From an uncultured SAR116 cluster alpha proteobacterium (GTDB lineage Bacteria; Pseudomonadota; Alphaproteobacteria; Puniceispirillales; GCA-002684695), in NCBI GenBank assembly GCA_902539295.1, contig CACBIM010000003.1, forward strand, positions 62,905-126,904: a stretch of 64,000 nucleotides of DNA, given 5' to 3'. Of the stretch, positions 39,224 to 49,834 are shown in pieces. The position numbers and the translations under genes are program-made. The notes under the pieces are model-generated. The model worked only from the letters and a program-made list of their open reading frames with translations. It had not been told where the DNA came from and ran no database searches. The stretch's first letter is position 1, and the number at the start of each line of letters is the position of its first letter.

Positions 39224-40656
39224 TGAGTAATCTGCCACTATCAATTGGTTTAATACATTTTATAGGCATTGGTGGCATTGGGATGTCAGGCATTGCTGAA
39301 GTTCTAAATGAACTTGGATACAAAGTTTCTGGGAGTGATATAGCAGAAAATAGCAATACAAAAAGATTAAAAGATTTAGGCATTGAAGTCTTTATAGGGC
39401 ACAAAAAAACAAACGTAAGTGGCGCTCAGATAATTGTAGTCTCTACAGCAATTTCAAAAGATAATTTTGAACTTGTTGAAGCTAAAAGCAAGAAAATACC
39501 AATAGTACACAGAGCAGAAATGTTATGTGAACTAATGAGGCTTAAGTGGTCAATCGCAATAGCTGGAACACATGGAAAAACAACAACAACATCTTTGGTT
39601 GCATCTTTATTAGATGGAGCTGATTTTGACCCAACAGTTATTAATGGAGGAATTATTAATAATTGGAAGAGTAATGCAAAAATTGGAAAAGGGGAATGGA
39701 TGGTTGTAGAAGCAGATGAAAGTGATGGTTCATTCTCTAAACTTACTCCTACAGTGGCTGTTGTAACAAATATAGATAGTGAGCATTTAGATTACCATGG
39801 CTCATTTGAAAATCTTGAAAATGCATTTAATAAATTTGTTTCTTCTATTCCTTTTTATGGTTTTAAAGTTTTATGTATCGATCATCCAGTAGTCCAAAAA
39901 TTAATCCCATTAAATAAAGATAGAAGATTATTAACGTATGGTTTGTCAACTACAGCTGATGTCAAAGCGGCAAACATAGAATATTTTGACAATCACACAA
40001 GTTTTGACGTTGTTGTATCCAACAAAATACTATCTACGGCTGAAACATGGAAAAAGATTACTTTACCTATGCTTGGAAAGCATAATGTCTTAAATTGTCT
40101 AGCTTCTATATGTATTGCTATTGAAATGGGTATTTCAGAAAACAGTATCAGGAATACTCTAAATAATTTTAAAGGTATAAAAAGACGCTTTGAAAGCAAA
40201 GGAGTAACCAAAGATGGAATAAAAATTATAGATGATTATGGGCACCATCCTGTTGAGATCACTTATGCCCTTAGTTCAGGAAGAATTTTAGCAAGTAAAA
40301 ATAAATTGATAGCAATTTTTCAACCGCATAGGTATTCGAGATTGAAAGATCTCTTTGATGAGTTTTGTCAATGTTTTAACAATGCAGATTATGTATTTAT
40401 AACAGATGTTTATGCAGCTGGAGAGAGTGAAATAGAAAATTTTAATAAAGAAACTCTTGCTTCAGGAATTTCAGATTTTGGGCATAACAATGTTTCAATT
40501 ATCAATAATGAAAATGAAATTTGTGATAAAATACATTCTGTAGCAAAACCTAATGATGTTGTTATCTTTTTAGGTGCAGGAAGTATCACCAAATGGTCTG
40601 AGACAATTGTCCATCAACTTAATAATTCAGGACTAAAGAATGAAAAAATTTTCTGA
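39223..40656 (+). CDS. murC: UDP-MurNAc-L-Ala ligase MurC
   Basis: GIGGIGMSG, GTHGKTTTT, EADESD, DDYGHHP, FQPHRYSR. Confidence 0.98.
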   Translation: MSNLPLSIGLIHFIGIGGIGMSGIAEVLNELGYKVSGSDIAENSNTKRLKDLGIEVFIGHKKTNVSGAQIIVVSTAISKDNFELVEAKSKKIPIVHRAEMLCELMRLKWSIAIAGTHGKTTTTSLVASLLDGADFDPTVINGGIINNWKSNAKIGKGEWMVVEADESDGSFSKLTPTVAVVTNIDSEHLDYHGSFENLENAFNKFVSSIPFYGFKVLCIDHPVVQKLIPLNKDRRLLTYGLSTTADVKAANIEYFDNHTSFDVVVSNKILSTAETWKKITLPMLGKHNVLNCLASICIAIEMGISENSIRNTLNNFKGIKRRFESKGVTKDGIKIIDDYGHHPVEITYALSSGRILASKNKLIAIFQPHRYSRLKDLFDEFCQCFNNADYVFITDVYAAGESEIENFNKETLASGISDFGHNNVSIINNENEICDKIHSVAKPNDVVIFLGAGSITKWSETIVHQLNNSGLKNEKIF

Positions 40657-41557
40657 ATTTTATCATGATTTAAATGGGGAATTTAGAGAAAACTACCCTT
40701 TAGCTAATTTAACTTGGTTTAAAGTTGGTGGTCCAGCTCAAATGCTTTTTATCCCTGAAAATAAAGATGATTTAATAAGATTTATAAAAAAATGCCCAAT
40801 TAAATACCCCAAAACAGTTATAGGTGCAGGGTCGAATCTTCTAATTCGTGATGGAGGGATTCCAGGGATAGTTATATCAACGCAAAAAGTAAATTCAATA
40901 AAACCATTTGATTCAAGTTTATATGCTGAATGTGGTGCATTAGACATGACGATATCTAGAGAAGCATCAAAATATGGAATTACAGGTCTTGAGTTTCTCA
41001 TTGGAATTCCAGGGACAATTGGTGGTGGCATTAAAATGAATGCAGGTTCTTATGGAATGGAAATTAAAGATATTTTACAAGATGTTGAAGTTATTGATTA
41101 CTCAGGATCTGTCTTCAAAATAAATTCAGATGAATTAGAAATGGAATATAGAAAGAGCAATACACCCAATGATTGGTTATTCTTATCGTGCAACTTGAGA
41201 GGAGAAAAATCTGAAAGTCATAAAATCCGATCTAAGATGAAAGAAATTATGAAAGATAGAAAAAACAATCAGCCAATTAATAAATTAACTAGCGGATCGA
41301 CTTTTAAAAATCCTTATAAAATGAAATCTTGGGAACTTATTGATGCCGCAGGATGTAGAGGCCTTACTTTAGGAAACGCTAAAGTATCTGAAAAGCATTG
41401 TAATTTTCTTATTAATACTGGGAAAGCAAATTCAAGTGAAATTGAAAAGTTAGGAAATATTGTAAAAGAAAGAGTGCTTAAAAAATCTGGAATAAATTTG
41501 GAATGGGAAATTATTCGAATTGGAAATGAAATAGAAAATGAGATTAATCATGAATAA
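40640..41557 (+). CDS. murB: UDP-N-acetylenolpyruvoylglucosamine reductase MurB
   Basis: F-VGGPA, G-GSNLL, GIPGTIGG--MNAG, GSTFKNP, KHCNF. Confidence 0.96.
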   Translation: MKKFSEFYHDLNGEFRENYPLANLTWFKVGGPAQMLFIPENKDDLIRFIKKCPIKYPKTVIGAGSNLLIRDGGIPGIVISTQKVNSIKPFDSSLYAECGALDMTISREASKYGITGLEFLIGIPGTIGGGIKMNAGSYGMEIKDILQDVEVIDYSGSVFKINSDELEMEYRKSNTPNDWLFLSCNLRGEKSESHKIRSKMKEIMKDRKNNQPINKLTSGSTFKNPYKMKSWELIDAAGCRGLTLGNAKVSEKHCNFLINTGKANSSEIEKLGNIVKERVLKKSGINLEWEIIRIGNEIENEINHE

Positions 41558-42449
41558 AATAGCTCTTTTGAAAGGTGGTCTAAATAGTGAAAATGAAGTT
41601 TCTTTGAAGACTGCTGAAGCATGCTTGTTTGCTTTAAGAGAGTTAAAATATGAAATAGTTGAGATTGATATAAAAGATCAATTTATTTCGAAAATAATAG
41701 ATAGCAAAGTAAGTAAATGTTTCAATGCATTGCATGGCTATTTAGGTGAAAATGGCTCAATACCTGGCCTTTTAAATTGTTTAAAAATCCCATATACGCA
41801 TTCTGGTGTTATGGCCTCTAGCATAGCAATTAATAAAAAAATAACAAAGGAGATTTTATCCAAAAACGGAATAGCTTTTCCAAAGCCCATTAATTTGAGA
41901 ACAGGTAAATATTTATTACCAGTTAATTATAATGAAAGTTTTGTAATTAAACCTAATTCAGAAGGTTCAAGCATTGGCGTCAAAATAATTCCAGAAAATT
42001 ATAAAGAGAATATTTTATCTTCTGAATGGGTTAATCCAAATGATCTCATCGCTGAGGAATTTATTAACGGCCAAGAACTAACAGTTGGCGTTTTAAATGG
42101 TAAGTCATTGTGTGTTACAGAAATAATTGCAGAAAAAAATACTTTTTATGATTATAAATCAAAATATATAAAAAATGGTTCAAAGCATATTATCCCAGCT
42201 GAAATTCCAGAAAAAATCCGTCAATTAGCGTTAAGTTGGGCTGAAAAATCATATAACTTCTTGAATTGCAGAGGAGTAATTAGAGCTGATTTTCGATTTG
42301 ATCAAGTTACAAACAAACTTTACATGCTTGAAATAAATACTCATCCAGGAATGACAGAAACCTCATTAATACCAGAGCAAGCTGAATATTGTGGGATTTC
42401 ATTTCTTGAACTAATTAAATTAATTATGGAGGTGGCTAGATGCGATTAA
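41550..42449 (+). CDS. ddl: D-alanine--D-alanine ligase
   Basis: GG--SE-EVS, LHG--GE-G, FYDY-SKY, LEINT-PGMT--SL; start taken at ATG 41550. Confidence 0.95.
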   Translation: MNKIALLKGGLNSENEVSLKTAEACLFALRELKYEIVEIDIKDQFISKIIDSKVSKCFNALHGYLGENGSIPGLLNCLKIPYTHSGVMASSIAINKKITKEILSKNGIAFPKPINLRTGKYLLPVNYNESFVIKPNSEGSSIGVKIIPENYKENILSSEWVNPNDLIAEEFINGQELTVGVLNGKSLCVTEIIAEKNTFYDYKSKYIKNGSKHIIPAEIPEKIRQLALSWAEKSYNFLNCRGVIRADFRFDQVTNKLYMLEINTHPGMTETSLIPEQAEYCGISFLELIKLIMEVARCD

Positions 42450-43270
42450 GGGTTCCATATTTTTATAATAACAAGGAAAAAGATGTTGCTTTTCATCAGC
42501 CAAAATCACTTTTTACAAGAGGTTTTATTAAAATTTTTTTGCTAGTAATTTTAGGTCCAATATTGTTTTCTTACATAATTTTATCAAGCTCAAATTTTTT
42601 ATTATTTATGGATTTTGATAATTTTATTTCTAAGAATTTAGACATAAAGCAATCTACAAAATTAAAAGAAATACATGTTATTGGAAGAGAAAATATAAAC
42701 AAATCTGTTTTACTGGAAGCGCTTGAATTAAATAACGAAACCTCAATGACTAATATTAATGTTTCTTTATTAAAAGAAAAAATTCTGTCTATCGGCTGGG
42801 TCAAAGATGTAATTGTTGAAAGAAGAATGCCAAATACACTTATTATTAAAATTGAAGAATATAAACCTTTTGCTCTTCTTCAAACTAAAGACAAGCATAT
42901 TATAATTTCTTCAGAAGGTAAGAAAATTTCGGTAAATAATGGAAATTTTAATTATCTTCCTGTCATAAATGGTTTAGGTGCTGAAAAACATGCTGCTAAA
43001 ATGCTCAATATCCTTAGTTCTGAACCAAACCTTTTTCATCAAGTTTGGGCGATTAGCTATATAGGCAAAAGAAGATGGGATGTTTCTTTAAGAAGCGGTG
43101 TAGAAATAAAATTACCAGAAAAAAATCCATCTGAGGCTTGGGCTAAATTATCTGAAATGGATAGATCAGAGTCTCTTCTATCAAGAGAAATAAACGTTAT
43201 AGATTTAAGAAAAAGTGGATACCTCATTATAAAACCATCAGAAAATTATATTACAGAAAGAAGCACTTAA
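42440..43270 (+). CDS. ftsQ: Cell division protein FtsQ
   Basis: TM helix, POTRA domain (WVK-V-VERR-P-T--I-I-E), RRWD, IDLR. Confidence 0.9.
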   Translation: MRLRVPYFYNNKEKDVAFHQPKSLFTRGFIKIFLLVILGPILFSYIILSSSNFLLFMDFDNFISKNLDIKQSTKLKEIHVIGRENINKSVLLEALELNNETSMTNINVSLLKEKILSIGWVKDVIVERRMPNTLIIKIEEYKPFALLQTKDKHIIISSEGKKISVNNGNFNYLPVINGLGAEKHAAKMLNILSSEPNLFHQVWAISYIGKRRWDVSLRSGVEIKLPEKNPSEAWAKLSEMDRSESLLSREINVIDLRKSGYLIIKPSENYITERST

Positions 43271-43272
43271 TC

Positions 43273-44526
43273 ATGTTTAGCTTATTTAAATCAAATAAAT
43301 TAAGTAATTTAATTACAGTTATTGATATTGGTTCATCTAAAATCACTTGCTTAATTGCAAAAATAAATGAGCAAAACCATAAATATGAAGTTATTGGCAA
43401 TAGTCAAAATATCTCAAATGGTTTTAGATTAGGAAATGTTACAAATATAGAAGATCTTTCTACAAGTATTGCTAAAGCAGTTTCTTCGTCAGAAAAAATG
43501 GCTGGAGTTTCAATTAATAAAGCACATATAGTCTTTAATGGGGGCAAACAATCATCAATTTTACATAATTCTGAAACACCTATAGTGAATGGTGAAATTA
43601 CTGACAATGAAATTCAAAAACTAATAAGTGACTGTATACATAATGCCACTTCACCAAATTTAAAGTTACTTCATGCAATACCTGTAAAATTTTTTATTGA
43701 CGAAAGTTCGTCAATAAAAAATCCAAAGGGCATGGTAGGACATATATTGAAAGGGGAAGTAAACATATGTAGTATAAGTGAATCAACATTAAGCAATATT
43801 GCTAGAATAATTGAAAGGAATCATATTGAAATAGAGAGTTTTATCTCTTCAACCTACTCAAATGGATTTAGCAGTTTAAATAAGGAGGAATTGAGACTTG
43901 GCTGTACTTTAATTGATTTTGGAGCAAGCACAACTAGTGTTGGTATTTTTTATGAAGACAGTTTAATTTATTCTTTTGATATACCATTAGGTGGGCACAA
44001 TATTACAAATGATATAGCATCTGGTCTTTCTACTACAATTAAAGAAGCAGAGAGAATTAAAGTTCTACATGGTAACTTATATAATTCAACCTTTTCTTCT
44101 AATGAGCAAATAAATATAGCTAGCCAAGATCAAAGCAATACAGATGCATATCAAACAGTCTCAATAGGCATTATTAATGAAATTATAAAGGCTAGAATTT
44201 CTGAAATTTTCGAGATTATAGAAAAACATTTAAAAATTAAAAAGTTCGATCATTTTCTTAAAACTAAAGCTGTTTTCACAGGTGGAGCCTCTCAAATTAC
44301 TGGCTTGGAAGAGATATCTAAAAATTTGCTTTCAAGATATACCAGGGTAAGCTTACCAGTAAGATTAAATGGTCTTCCTGATGCAGCCTGCACTTCTAAT
44401 TTTGCTACAGTAATTGGAGCTTTATTATCAATAAATAAAAGCAACTCTTTGAATAGAAATATCAATTTAAATGAAAAATTAAATTCATTTCAAAAACTTT
44501 ATAGATGGATGGCTACAAATGTTTAG
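43273..44526 (+). CDS. ftsA: Cell division protein FtsA
   Basis: DIGSSKI, DFGA-TT, GG--IT-DIA, AERIK, TGGASQ; C-terminal amphipathic helix. Confidence 0.95.
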   Translation: MFSLFKSNKLSNLITVIDIGSSKITCLIAKINEQNHKYEVIGNSQNISNGFRLGNVTNIEDLSTSIAKAVSSSEKMAGVSINKAHIVFNGGKQSSILHNSETPIVNGEITDNEIQKLISDCIHNATSPNLKLLHAIPVKFFIDESSSIKNPKGMVGHILKGEVNICSISESTLSNIARIIERNHIEIESFISSTYSNGFSSLNKEELRLGCTLIDFGASTTSVGIFYEDSLIYSFDIPLGGHNITNDIASGLSTTIKEAERIKVLHGNLYNSTFSSNEQINIASQDQSNTDAYQTVSIGIINEIIKARISEIFEIIEKHLKIKKFDHFLKTKAVFTGGASQITGLEEISKNLLSRYTRVSLPVRLNGLPDAACTSNFATVIGALLSINKSNSLNRNINLNEKLNSFQKLYRWMATNV

Positions 44527-44623
44527 AGAAATTTAATGTTAATGATTTTTTGCATTAATTTAATCAGATCAAAAAAGAAATCTGAAATAATAAAACTTTT
44601 AACTTTTTTTATAGGAGACTATT

Positions 44624-46309
44624 ATGCTTAACATTGCAATACCAGATAATATGCAGGAATTAACACCTAAAATTACAGTAATTGGTGTCGGTGGAGCCGG
44701 CGGCAATGCTGTTAATAATATGATAGAGTCAAATTTAGAGGGTGTGGACTTTGTTGTTGCCAATACAGATGGCCAAGCTTTAGCAAATTCTACTGCAAAA
44801 AGGAAAATACAACTTGGCATCAGTATTACTCAAGGTTTGGGTGCCGGATCAGTACCTGAGATTGGCAAGTCAGCTGCTGAAGAGTCAATTGAAGATATTT
44901 TATCAGAATTAAATGATAGTAACATGGTATTTATAACCGCAGGACTTGGAGGCGGAACTGGAACAGGTGCTGCACCAGTAATAGCTAAAGCTGCAAAAGA
45001 AAAAGGAATACTAACAGTAAGTGTCGTAACAAAGCCATTTGATTTTGAAGGCTCTCACAGAAAAAAAGTGGCAGAAGATGGCATAAAGGAAATACAAAAA
45101 TTTTCAGATACTCTTATAGTGATACCTAACCAAAATCTCTTCAGACTTGCCAATGAAAGAACTGGTTTTGCTGAGGCTTTTGGTATTGCTGACAATGTTC
45201 TTCACAAAGGCGTTTGCGGTGTTACAGATTTAATGGTTAAACCAGGCATGATTAATTTAGATTTTGCTGATATTAAAACTGTTATGAGTCAAATGGGAAA
45301 AGCCATGATGGGCACAGGTGAAGCATCAGGAGAAAATCGAGCTGTTGAAGCAGCTGATACAGCAATTAATAATCCGCTTCTTGATGAAACTAGTATGAGG
45401 GGAGCTAATGCGGTCTTAATTAATATAACTGGTGGATCAGATATGACTTTGTTTGAGGTTGATGAAGCTGCAAATAGAATAAGAAAAGAAATTGATGCTA
45501 ATGCAAATATAATTTTTGGATCAGCTTTGGATGAGAGTTTAAACGGTTCTATAAGAGTTTCACTAGTAGCTACAGGAATTTCAACTAATGAAATTACTGA
45601 AAATGAAAATAGTGAAGTTCATAATTTATTTGCAAAAAAGGACGAACAGCCATCTTTAAATAGAAAGTTATCTGATGCCGATTTTTCAAAGTCAGAAGTC
45701 AAATATCATGCAGATGACATTGAGCAAGAAAAAGACAGTTCTTGTGATGAAATAAAATTTAAGGAAATTCAAAAAGAAAATTCATCAGTTTCAAAAGATA
45801 ATAATGGAAGTCAAAAGAATAAAGATTTAAATCAAAGTGAAGTAACAGTTGACATTAAAAACTTAGATCATGAAAGTCAAAATAATAAAGATTTAAATCA
45901 AAGTGAAGCAACACTTGAAATTAAAAACTTAGATGATGGAAATGATAATTTGGAATTAAACTTAGAAGATCATAATCTAGAACAATCCAAAGAAATTTTT
46001 ATTCCTAAAAAAACTTTTGATGTAAGTGAAATTGATAACACTGAAAACTATAATGCAAAATTAAATTCATTGAATACAGATAAACAAGACAATGAAAATA
46101 GTATAATTAATAGAATTTCAGGTTTCTGGACAAAAAAAGGGGGTGCTGAAAAAACAAAGGTTTTTAAGGAGCCAAGTTTAGAAAGTACAGAGAAAATTAA
46201 AAATCTCAAAAATGAAAATGAAAAAAATTCAAGTGAATTAGATATTTTATCTAGTGAGAACGATAAAGTATTAGAAATTCCAGCATTCTTAAGAAGACAA
46301 GTTAATTAG
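44624..46309 (+). CDS. ftsZ: Cell division protein FtsZ (long-linker alphaproteobacterial form)
   Basis: [24 protein letters not shown]; C-terminal [10 protein letters not shown]. Confidence 0.98.
   Translation: MLNIAIPDNMQELTPKITVIGVGGAGGNAVNNMIESNLEGVDFVVANTDGQALANSTAKRKIQLGISITQGLGAGSVPEIGKSAAEESIEDILSELNDSNMVFITAGLGGGTGTGAAPVIAKAAKEKGILTVSVVTKPFDFEGSHRKKVAEDGIKEIQKFSDTLIVIPNQNLFRLANERTGFAEAFGIADNVLHKGVCGVTDLMVKPGMINLDFADIKTVMSQMGKAMMGTGEASGENRAVEAADTAINNPLLDETSMRGANAVLINITGGSDMTLFEVDEAANRIRKEIDANANIIFGSALDESLNGSIRVSLVATGISTNEITENENSEVHNLFAKKDEQPSLNRKLSDADFSKSEVKYHADDIEQEKDSSCDEIKFKEIQKENSSVSKDNNGSQKNKDLNQSEVTVDIKNLDHESQNNKDLNQSEATLEIKNLDDGNDNLELNLEDHNLEQSKEIFIPKKTFDVSEIDNTENYNAKLNSLNTDKQDNENSIINRISGFWTKKGGAEKTKVFKEPSLESTEKIKNLKNENEKNSSELDILSSENDKVLEIPAFLRRQVN
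45808..45939 (+). repeat. 66-bp (22-aa) tandem duplication in the FtsZ linker
   Basis: [22 protein letters not shown] / [22 protein letters not shown]; 60/66 nt identical. Confidence 0.93.
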
Positions 46310-46340
46310 CTGACTGTAACATTTCGTAACTAAATGTCAT

Positions 46341-46382
46341 TTCTAATTCACCTAAATCTATTATATAAAAGGTGAATTAGAA
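46341..46382. promoter_or_regulatory. 13-bp inverted repeat between ftsZ and lpxC
   Basis: TTCTAATTCACCT-16 nt-AGGTGAATTAGAA, ending 11 nt before the lpxC ATG. Confidence 0.55.
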
Positions 46383-46393
46383 TTAGGTTATAA

Positions 46394-47320
46394 ATGATAA
46401 AAAATAGTTCTTTACAAACAACTTTGAACAATTCAATTAATTTTTCTGGAATTAGTCTTCATAAAGGTATTGTATCTAATTTGAAAATCAAACCAGCTGA
46501 AGAGGATACTGGAATTATTTTCAAAAGAATTGATAAAAATTATAATAATATTATTAGGGCAAATTATAACTTTGTATCTGATACAATGATGTGCACTAAA
46601 TTAAGCAATGAATATAACTTATCTATATCTACTGTTGAGCATTTGATGGCAGCATTTATAGGGTTTGGAATTGATAATGCTCTTGTTGAAGTTGACTGCT
46701 CTGAACTTCCAATTTTAGATGGCTCGTCATCAAACTATATTCAAGCATTTAAAAAAATGGGGCTAAAATATTTGAAAGGACAACGAAAAGTTATACAAGT
46801 TTTAAAAAAAATATCTATAAATGAAAATGATAGATATATTTCGATTGAACCTTATGACAACCTAAAAATTAATATAGAGATACAACATGATTGCGAACTT
46901 ATTAATTCACAATCATATTCATTTGAATTATTAGATGAAACATTTGAAAATTATTTGATGAATGCAAGAACCTATGGATTTAAGGAAGATGCATCTATGC
47001 TTATCAAAAAAGGATTAGCCTTAGGCGCTTCAGAGAGTAATGCTTTAATATTCGATGGTAACAGTGTTATAAATTATGGCGGTCTAAGGTATCATAATGA
47101 GCCTGTAAGACATAAAGTATTAGACTGTTTAGGGGATATTTTTATGGCTGGCTATAGAATTAATGGAATGGTTAATGGTTATAAATCTGGCCATGAATTA
47201 AATAATAAATTAATGCATGCATTATTTTCCAATAATGAAAATTGGTGCTTTAAAAAATATCAAAAGCCAAAAATTCAAAACCATGATAATACAGAGGAAA
47301 AAATTGCTGCAATAGCATAA
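46394..47320 (+). CDS. lpxC: UDP-3-O-acyl-GlcNAc deacetylase LpxC
   Basis: GI-LH-G, TVEHLMAA, PILDGS, ARTYGF, RHK-LD--GD, GH--N. Confidence 0.96.
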   Translation: MIKNSSLQTTLNNSINFSGISLHKGIVSNLKIKPAEEDTGIIFKRIDKNYNNIIRANYNFVSDTMMCTKLSNEYNLSISTVEHLMAAFIGFGIDNALVEVDCSELPILDGSSSNYIQAFKKMGLKYLKGQRKVIQVLKKISINENDRYISIEPYDNLKINIEIQHDCELINSQSYSFELLDETFENYLMNARTYGFKEDASMLIKKGLALGASESNALIFDGNSVINYGGLRYHNEPVRHKVLDCLGDIFMAGYRINGMVNGYKSGHELNNKLMHALFSNNENWCFKKYQKPKIQNHDNTEEKIAAIA

Positions 47321-47380
47321 TTTTTTTCTTTTATATAAAATTAATTTTATTTTTTGATTTGTTAGTCTAAAATAATAAAA

Positions 47381-48148
47381 ATGAAAACTAACATTATACA
47401 TAATTTATTATACCTATTATTAGTATTTTTTTTGATTGGATGCTCAAATACAAAAAATATAGATTTATCCCAATCAACGGCCAAATTAATTTATGAAAAA
47501 GCCATAACAAGTGCTAACAAAAAACAATTTGAGGATGCAAATGAAGCTTTTGAAAGTATTTTATTAGATTATCCTTATTCCATTTGGGCAACAAAATCTA
47601 AAGTAATGATGGCCTGGGTTTATTATGAAAGTAATAAGTATGATTCCGCTATAAACATGGCTGATAGCTTTGTTAAAAATCATCCGGAGAATGAATTAGT
47701 TCCATATGCTTTATATTTAAAAGCTATGAGCTACTATGAAAGAATTTTTGATGTTGAACGAGACACCATAATGACTCAAAATGCAAAAGAGGCTTTTGAA
47801 AATTTAATAAAAAAATTTCCTAATAGTGAGTTTGCACGTGAATCAAAGCTAAAAATTGAACTAGCCAGGAGTAACTTAGCAGGAAAACAAATGTCTGTAG
47901 GAAGATATTATCAAAAACAAGGTCATTTTGCTGCAGCAATAAAGAGATTTCAAAGAGTAATTACTGAATTTGAAACTACTGATCAAACACCTGAAGCCTT
48001 ATTACGTTTAACTGAATGTTATTTATCACTAGGAACTAAAAATGAAGCTATCAGAACAGCTTCTGTGTTAAAATATAATTTTCCAGATTCTACTTGGTCG
48101 GATAAAATACCAATGGATCTTTTAAATGAATTAAAAGCAAATAAATAA
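47381..48148 (+). CDS. bamD: Outer membrane protein assembly factor BamD
   Basis: Lipobox LIGC, TPR helices, YPYS-WA, GRYY, PEAL-RL-E-Y. Confidence 0.93.
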   Translation: MKTNIIHNLLYLLLVFFLIGCSNTKNIDLSQSTAKLIYEKAITSANKKQFEDANEAFESILLDYPYSIWATKSKVMMAWVYYESNKYDSAINMADSFVKNHPENELVPYALYLKAMSYYERIFDVERDTIMTQNAKEAFENLIKKFPNSEFARESKLKIELARSNLAGKQMSVGRYYQKQGHFAAAIKRFQRVITEFETTDQTPEALLRLTECYLSLGTKNEAIRTASVLKYNFPDSTWSDKIPMDLLNELKANK

Positions 48149-48172
48149 TACAAGGAATATTACAAATTTTTA

Positions 48173-49834
48173 ATGCTCAAAAACATTTATATAAAAAATA
48201 TTGTTCTTATTGATGAAATTAAAATCGACATAAATAGTGGATTAAATGTATTTACTGGAGAAACTGGCGCTGGAAAATCAATTTTATTAGGTGGATTAGG
48301 ACTGGCACTTGGATCGAGAGCAAATTTTAGTTTAATAGGAAATAATGAGGATTTAGCAATTGTGACAGCTAATTTCATACTTAAAGATGATCATCCAGTA
48401 AAAAAATTTTTATCAACAAAAAATATTAAATTTGAGAGCAATCTTGTTTTAAAAAGAACAATCTCTAATAAAGGTATTTCAAAAGCTTATATTAATAATT
48501 CCCCTGTTTCACTTAATGAACTTAATGAAATAGGCCAAGGACTAGTTGAAGTTCAGGGACAATTTGATAATCATACTCTTTTAAATTCACTAAATCATAT
48601 TAATTTTCTTGACCAATTTGGGAATTATCAACCCCAAATAAATAATACTAAATTGAAATATGAAAGAATGCTTGAGGCAAAAAAAAAGCTTTCAGAATTT
48701 AAATTAAATTATGAAAATTATGAAAAAGAGCTTGAGTTAAATAAATCGATTTTAAACGAGCTTGAGGATATAAAACCACTTCAAAATGAAGAAAATGAGT
48801 TAGTCGAAAGAAGGTCACTAATTTCAAACTCTACAAAAATTATAAATGCTGTAAATGATTCTTTAGGCAAACTCAATGGTGAAGACTCAGTCATAAAAAG
48901 AATTAATAATATTTTGAATTCTCTAGAAAAAACTAACTTCACTAAAAACCAACAAATAAATGAAATTATTGAAACTTTATTAAGAGCTTTAAATGAATTA
49001 GAGGAAGGCAATCATCTGCTTCAACATTTTCAAAATACACTTAACACTGATCCTCAAGAATTAGATAATATTGATAGTAGACTTTATAAAATCAGAAATT
49101 TATCAAGAAAAATAAATTGTGAACCTAATTTACTCTTTGAATTTTATATTGAATTAAAAAATAAAATTCAAAGTTCCAGTTCTAAAGATAACACACTTGA
49201 TATATTAGAAAGAGATTTTGAAAATAAATATAATGAATATAAAGAGGGTTGCTTTGATCTCAGAAATATAAGAATAAGCACAGCCTTAAAATTAGATGAA
49301 AAAATAAATAATGAACTTCCACATTTAAAACTTGAGACAGCTAATTTCAAAACAGTTATTAGGGAGAAAATTGAATCTGAATGGAATGAAAATGGTGCTG
49401 ATGAAATAATTTTTTATATAACTACAAATCCAAAACAGGAATTAATGCCATTATCAAAAACTGTATCTGGTGGCGAACTTTCAAGATTTTTACTTGCAAT
49501 AAAAGTTGTACTAGCTAGCTCAAATCAATCTAATACATTAATTTTTGATGAAGTTGATAGTGGTGTTGGTGGGAATACAGCAGATGCTGTTGGCTTAAGG
49601 CTATTAAACTTAAGCAAATCCAATCAGGTTATAGTAATTACACATTCCCCACAAGTAGCAGCAAAAGGTCAAAATCATTTTTTAATTGAAAAGGTTAACA
49701 ATAACGATAAATTGACAACTACGTGTAATTCAATTTCCCCCTCTGAAAGAATAAATGAAATTGCACGAATGCTATCAGGTGAAACTATATCATTAGAGGC
49801 AAAAGCAGCAGCTATGAAGTTATTAAATGGATAA
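48173..49834 (+). CDS. recN: DNA repair protein RecN
   Basis: TGETGAGKS, SGGELSR, FDEVDSGVGG, ITHSPQVAA, EIARMLSG. Confidence 0.96.
   Translation: MLKNIYIKNIVLIDEIKIDINSGLNVFTGETGAGKSILLGGLGLALGSRANFSLIGNNEDLAIVTANFILKDDHPVKKFLSTKNIKFESNLVLKRTISNKGISKAYINNSPVSLNELNEIGQGLVEVQGQFDNHTLLNSLNHINFLDQFGNYQPQINNTKLKYERMLEAKKKLSEFKLNYENYEKELELNKSILNELEDIKPLQNEENELVERRSLISNSTKIINAVNDSLGKLNGEDSVIKRINNILNSLEKTNFTKNQQINEIIETLLRALNELEEGNHLLQHFQNTLNTDPQELDNIDSRLYKIRNLSRKINCEPNLLFEFYIELKNKIQSSSSKDNTLDILERDFENKYNEYKEGCFDLRNIRISTALKLDEKINNELPHLKLETANFKTVIREKIESEWNENGADEIIFYITTNPKQELMPLSKTVSGGELSRFLLAIKVVLASSNQSNTLIFDEVDSGVGGNTADAVGLRLLNLSKSNQVIVITHSPQVAAKGQNHFLIEKVNNNDKLTTTCNSISPSERINEIARMLSGETISLEAKAAAMKLLNG

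Noticed and set aside
44527-44623. CtrA box upstream of ftsZ
   Set aside because: Several TTAA half-sites occur but none with the exact TTAA-N7-TTAA spacing; uninformative in such AT-rich DNA.
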